Assembly (NCBI RefSeq): GCF_964194025.1
Contig: NC_134474.1
Span: 62,434,001 to 62,498,000, forward strand
Length of the DNA: 64,000 nt
Direction: 5' to 3'
Source: Convolutriloba macropyga
Taxonomy: Eukaryota
Shown here: positions 61,729-64,000 of the stretch, piece after piece
How positions within the stretch are numbered: position 1 is the first letter of the stretch
Layout: each line of letters starts with the position of its first letter
Translations under genes and position numbers: made by a program
The notes under the pieces: generated by a model
Database searches by the model: none
Told to the model about the DNA's origin: nothing
The model's input: only the letters and a program-made list of their open reading frames with translations

Positions 61729-64000
61729 GTAAGTTTGGATTGTTGTAGTCTGAACAAAATAAATTTTCTCTTGTCATGATATGCCATCTGTAATCTAATC
61801 CGGCTTTGCTCAGTTAAATTTAAATATATCTAAATTGAGAACCTTATTTTTCTAGTTGAGCTGCTGTGTGGGTCTAACTGCAGCTATGTTGACGTCATAA
61901 TTAATTGAATCTTTTTGCGAGTTGAACTACTGTTGAGTGACTCCATTAACAGATTTATTTTTTAAAAATGGCCAGGAGTTTTAGAAGGAGGCTCGGTAAT
62001 GTGAGTTTGCATGTAAAGTTTTGTTCCGACCCCGCTCATGCAGAATCATGGCTTTATCTCCAGAACCAAGCAGAGATAGAAAAAAGTCAAAAGGTGAAAA
62101 GGCAGATCAAGCTGTGCGATTCAAAACTTGATCTATTCTCAAAGTAGGACAAACAAAAATACCAGTGAATCAAATTCCAGTCTGATCATTTGTTCTTTCA
62201 TCGGAATTAATAAAAATAATCGAGCAAAGCTGAAAATTGAGAGAAAGCTTATTGAGAAAAGCTGAAAATAAAAACGATTTGGTTAAGGAAAACTAGTTTT
62301 GTCAAACAAGAATGATGAGATTCTAAATTTAACTGATCTCCGACTTTCAAACAAAGAATTTCGAACATTAAGGTCCCTCAAAGAACAAAAGCTTTATGAG
62401 AAACCAGCTTGTTTAACGCCAACTTAAGGTTGCACTCTCCAAAAATGTTTTACTTGTGCTGCTTGTGGCAAAAAAAACTCCAAAAGCACCTATTAAGCAG
62501 CATAGTGTTTGCTTGTAGAAAAAATTACTTATTTCTTGACGCTTGATCCAATGGTCATAAATATTATCAAGGGAGAAAACTGATCGGAGAAAGATGCGAG
62601 ATCAGGTCATAAATTTAAAGCCAATGAAAGAAAACAATGACCTGAATTTACCATTTTGCATTTTCAACCTCTGGCAGTGAGCAAAACAGCAGGAGTAAAA
62701 AATAAACGCGAAAACAATGAGAAAAAGATATGGACGACGGATAACTCCTTTTTCTTCGAAATATAGTGATAAGCTTCCTATGAATTCATTTTGTGCTAAT
62801 CAAGTTCACACTTCTTATCAGCAAAAATTTCAATTTTGAGGAGAAAAAGCGGCGAGAAAAAGTAAGAATAAGCCTAAAACATGGACATCTCGCGAAATCT
62901 AAAAAATATTTGGAAATTTTTGTTGTCAAAGAAACACGCAACTCCACATTAAAAGACAAAACAGAAGTTTAAATTCAGTTTTCACTTTTTAGTGTTCATA
63001 ATGGTGTCTCATTCAGTGATTTCAGCTACAAACAGAAACCACTAAGCCACTAAGACTGCATTACAAGCCTGATGATACAACTTATTGGGAATAAGAGACA
63101 AGACAACAAAAGACAAATACGGACCAAACTCAAAAGTCCATTGTTTTCCTAAAACCATATCGAAGTCAGACTTTAAGTGGAAACTAATACCCTGAAAATA
63201 TTTAATTGATTCACTGGTAAGCAATTATTGGAGCTGTCATTAAAGATACTGACATGTATTTCCACGGAATAAAGAGGCAAAGTCAAAAATCAATTATTAT
63301 TTTCGAAGATAAACGATTTTAAAGTCGTGAAAAGCCTGAACTTTTGACCTCGCGCAAAATTAACGCACTTTGTTGGCTTCCTAGACAACTAAATGAATCC
63401 TCATTAAAGATATAATAATAATAAATAATGGTATAATAATATATATCGAAAATCACTGCGGTGCGGAAATCACTTCTTCAATTTGACTTTCTCTTACTTT
63501 AGAAATTCAAAAAAATGTGAAGATTTTAAAAAAGGCTCCCCAATATGGCTCCGCTGTTGCAAATTTATAAATATTTGAATGATTTTGACATGTTCTCCTT
63601 AGACCATAAAGGATAAGGATCACAGAATTTTCCTGTTCTTCCTTCAAAACTGTAGAATTGTTTCATAGAATTTTTCAGCATCTTACTTGTAGAATATGAG
63701 CGCATTATTTCACCTTTAAAATCTGAACCATTATTAGCGCCTATCTGTACCGATTTTGACATGCTTACACAGAAAGTGGCGGCAGCTGACAGGAGCTCAA
63801 TTAGATACCGTGGAAAGCTCTCAAATTTTTTATGTGAACATTAAGAATTAACCAATTAAGAAGCCAATGAGGGGATTAAACCATAATAAACAGCCATATG
63901 CAAACAGTAGAAACCAGTTTCGGAAATGAGTAAATGTGTTTGCAAAATTCGGGACCGGTAGACTGTAGTAATGAACGTATGATGGTGAATTTAAAATTAA

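Noticed and set aside
63042-63840. Minus-strand frames, one with VQIGANNG...SFEG (FkbM methyltransferase-like)
   Set aside because: Only a short motif resemblance, with no consistent exon chain; an HMM search would be needed.

Overview
AT-rich animal genomic DNA with GT-AG spliceosomal introns; the species cannot be determined from the sequence. (1) Bases 1-~27,970 are a head-to-tail array of tRNA-Glu-derived units on the minus strand. It has roughly 130-160 tRNA-like copies (estimated, not counted), a few intact tRNA-Glu(TTC) genes, a ~1.03-kb higher-order-repeat core and older diverged flanks. The array is interrupted by a 2.28-kb Helitron, a Helentron-like element and a fold-back palindrome. 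(2) 28,235-36,075 holds the last five exons (EGF2-CUB4-CUB5) of a tolloid/BMP1 gene on +, so the array apparently lies in its intron. (3) 43,822-61,728 holds six in-phase internal exons of a DCDC1-like gene (doublecortin plus ricin-B) on +. I found no N-terminal exons for it in the window, which suggests same-strand nesting or rearrangement. (4) Helentron/DINE-like elements are nested inside one another at 39.5-42 kb and 47-48.9 kb. (5) A decayed BEL/Pao LTR retrotransposon (49,247-59,296, TSD TCTAT) sits in a DCDC1 intron. Its 3-kb leader carries an extra ORF with a CW-zinc-finger-like motif and four conserved stem-loops spaced 160-170 bp apart. Most short ORFs in the supplied track, especially at 1-28 kb, are non-coding repeat artefacts.
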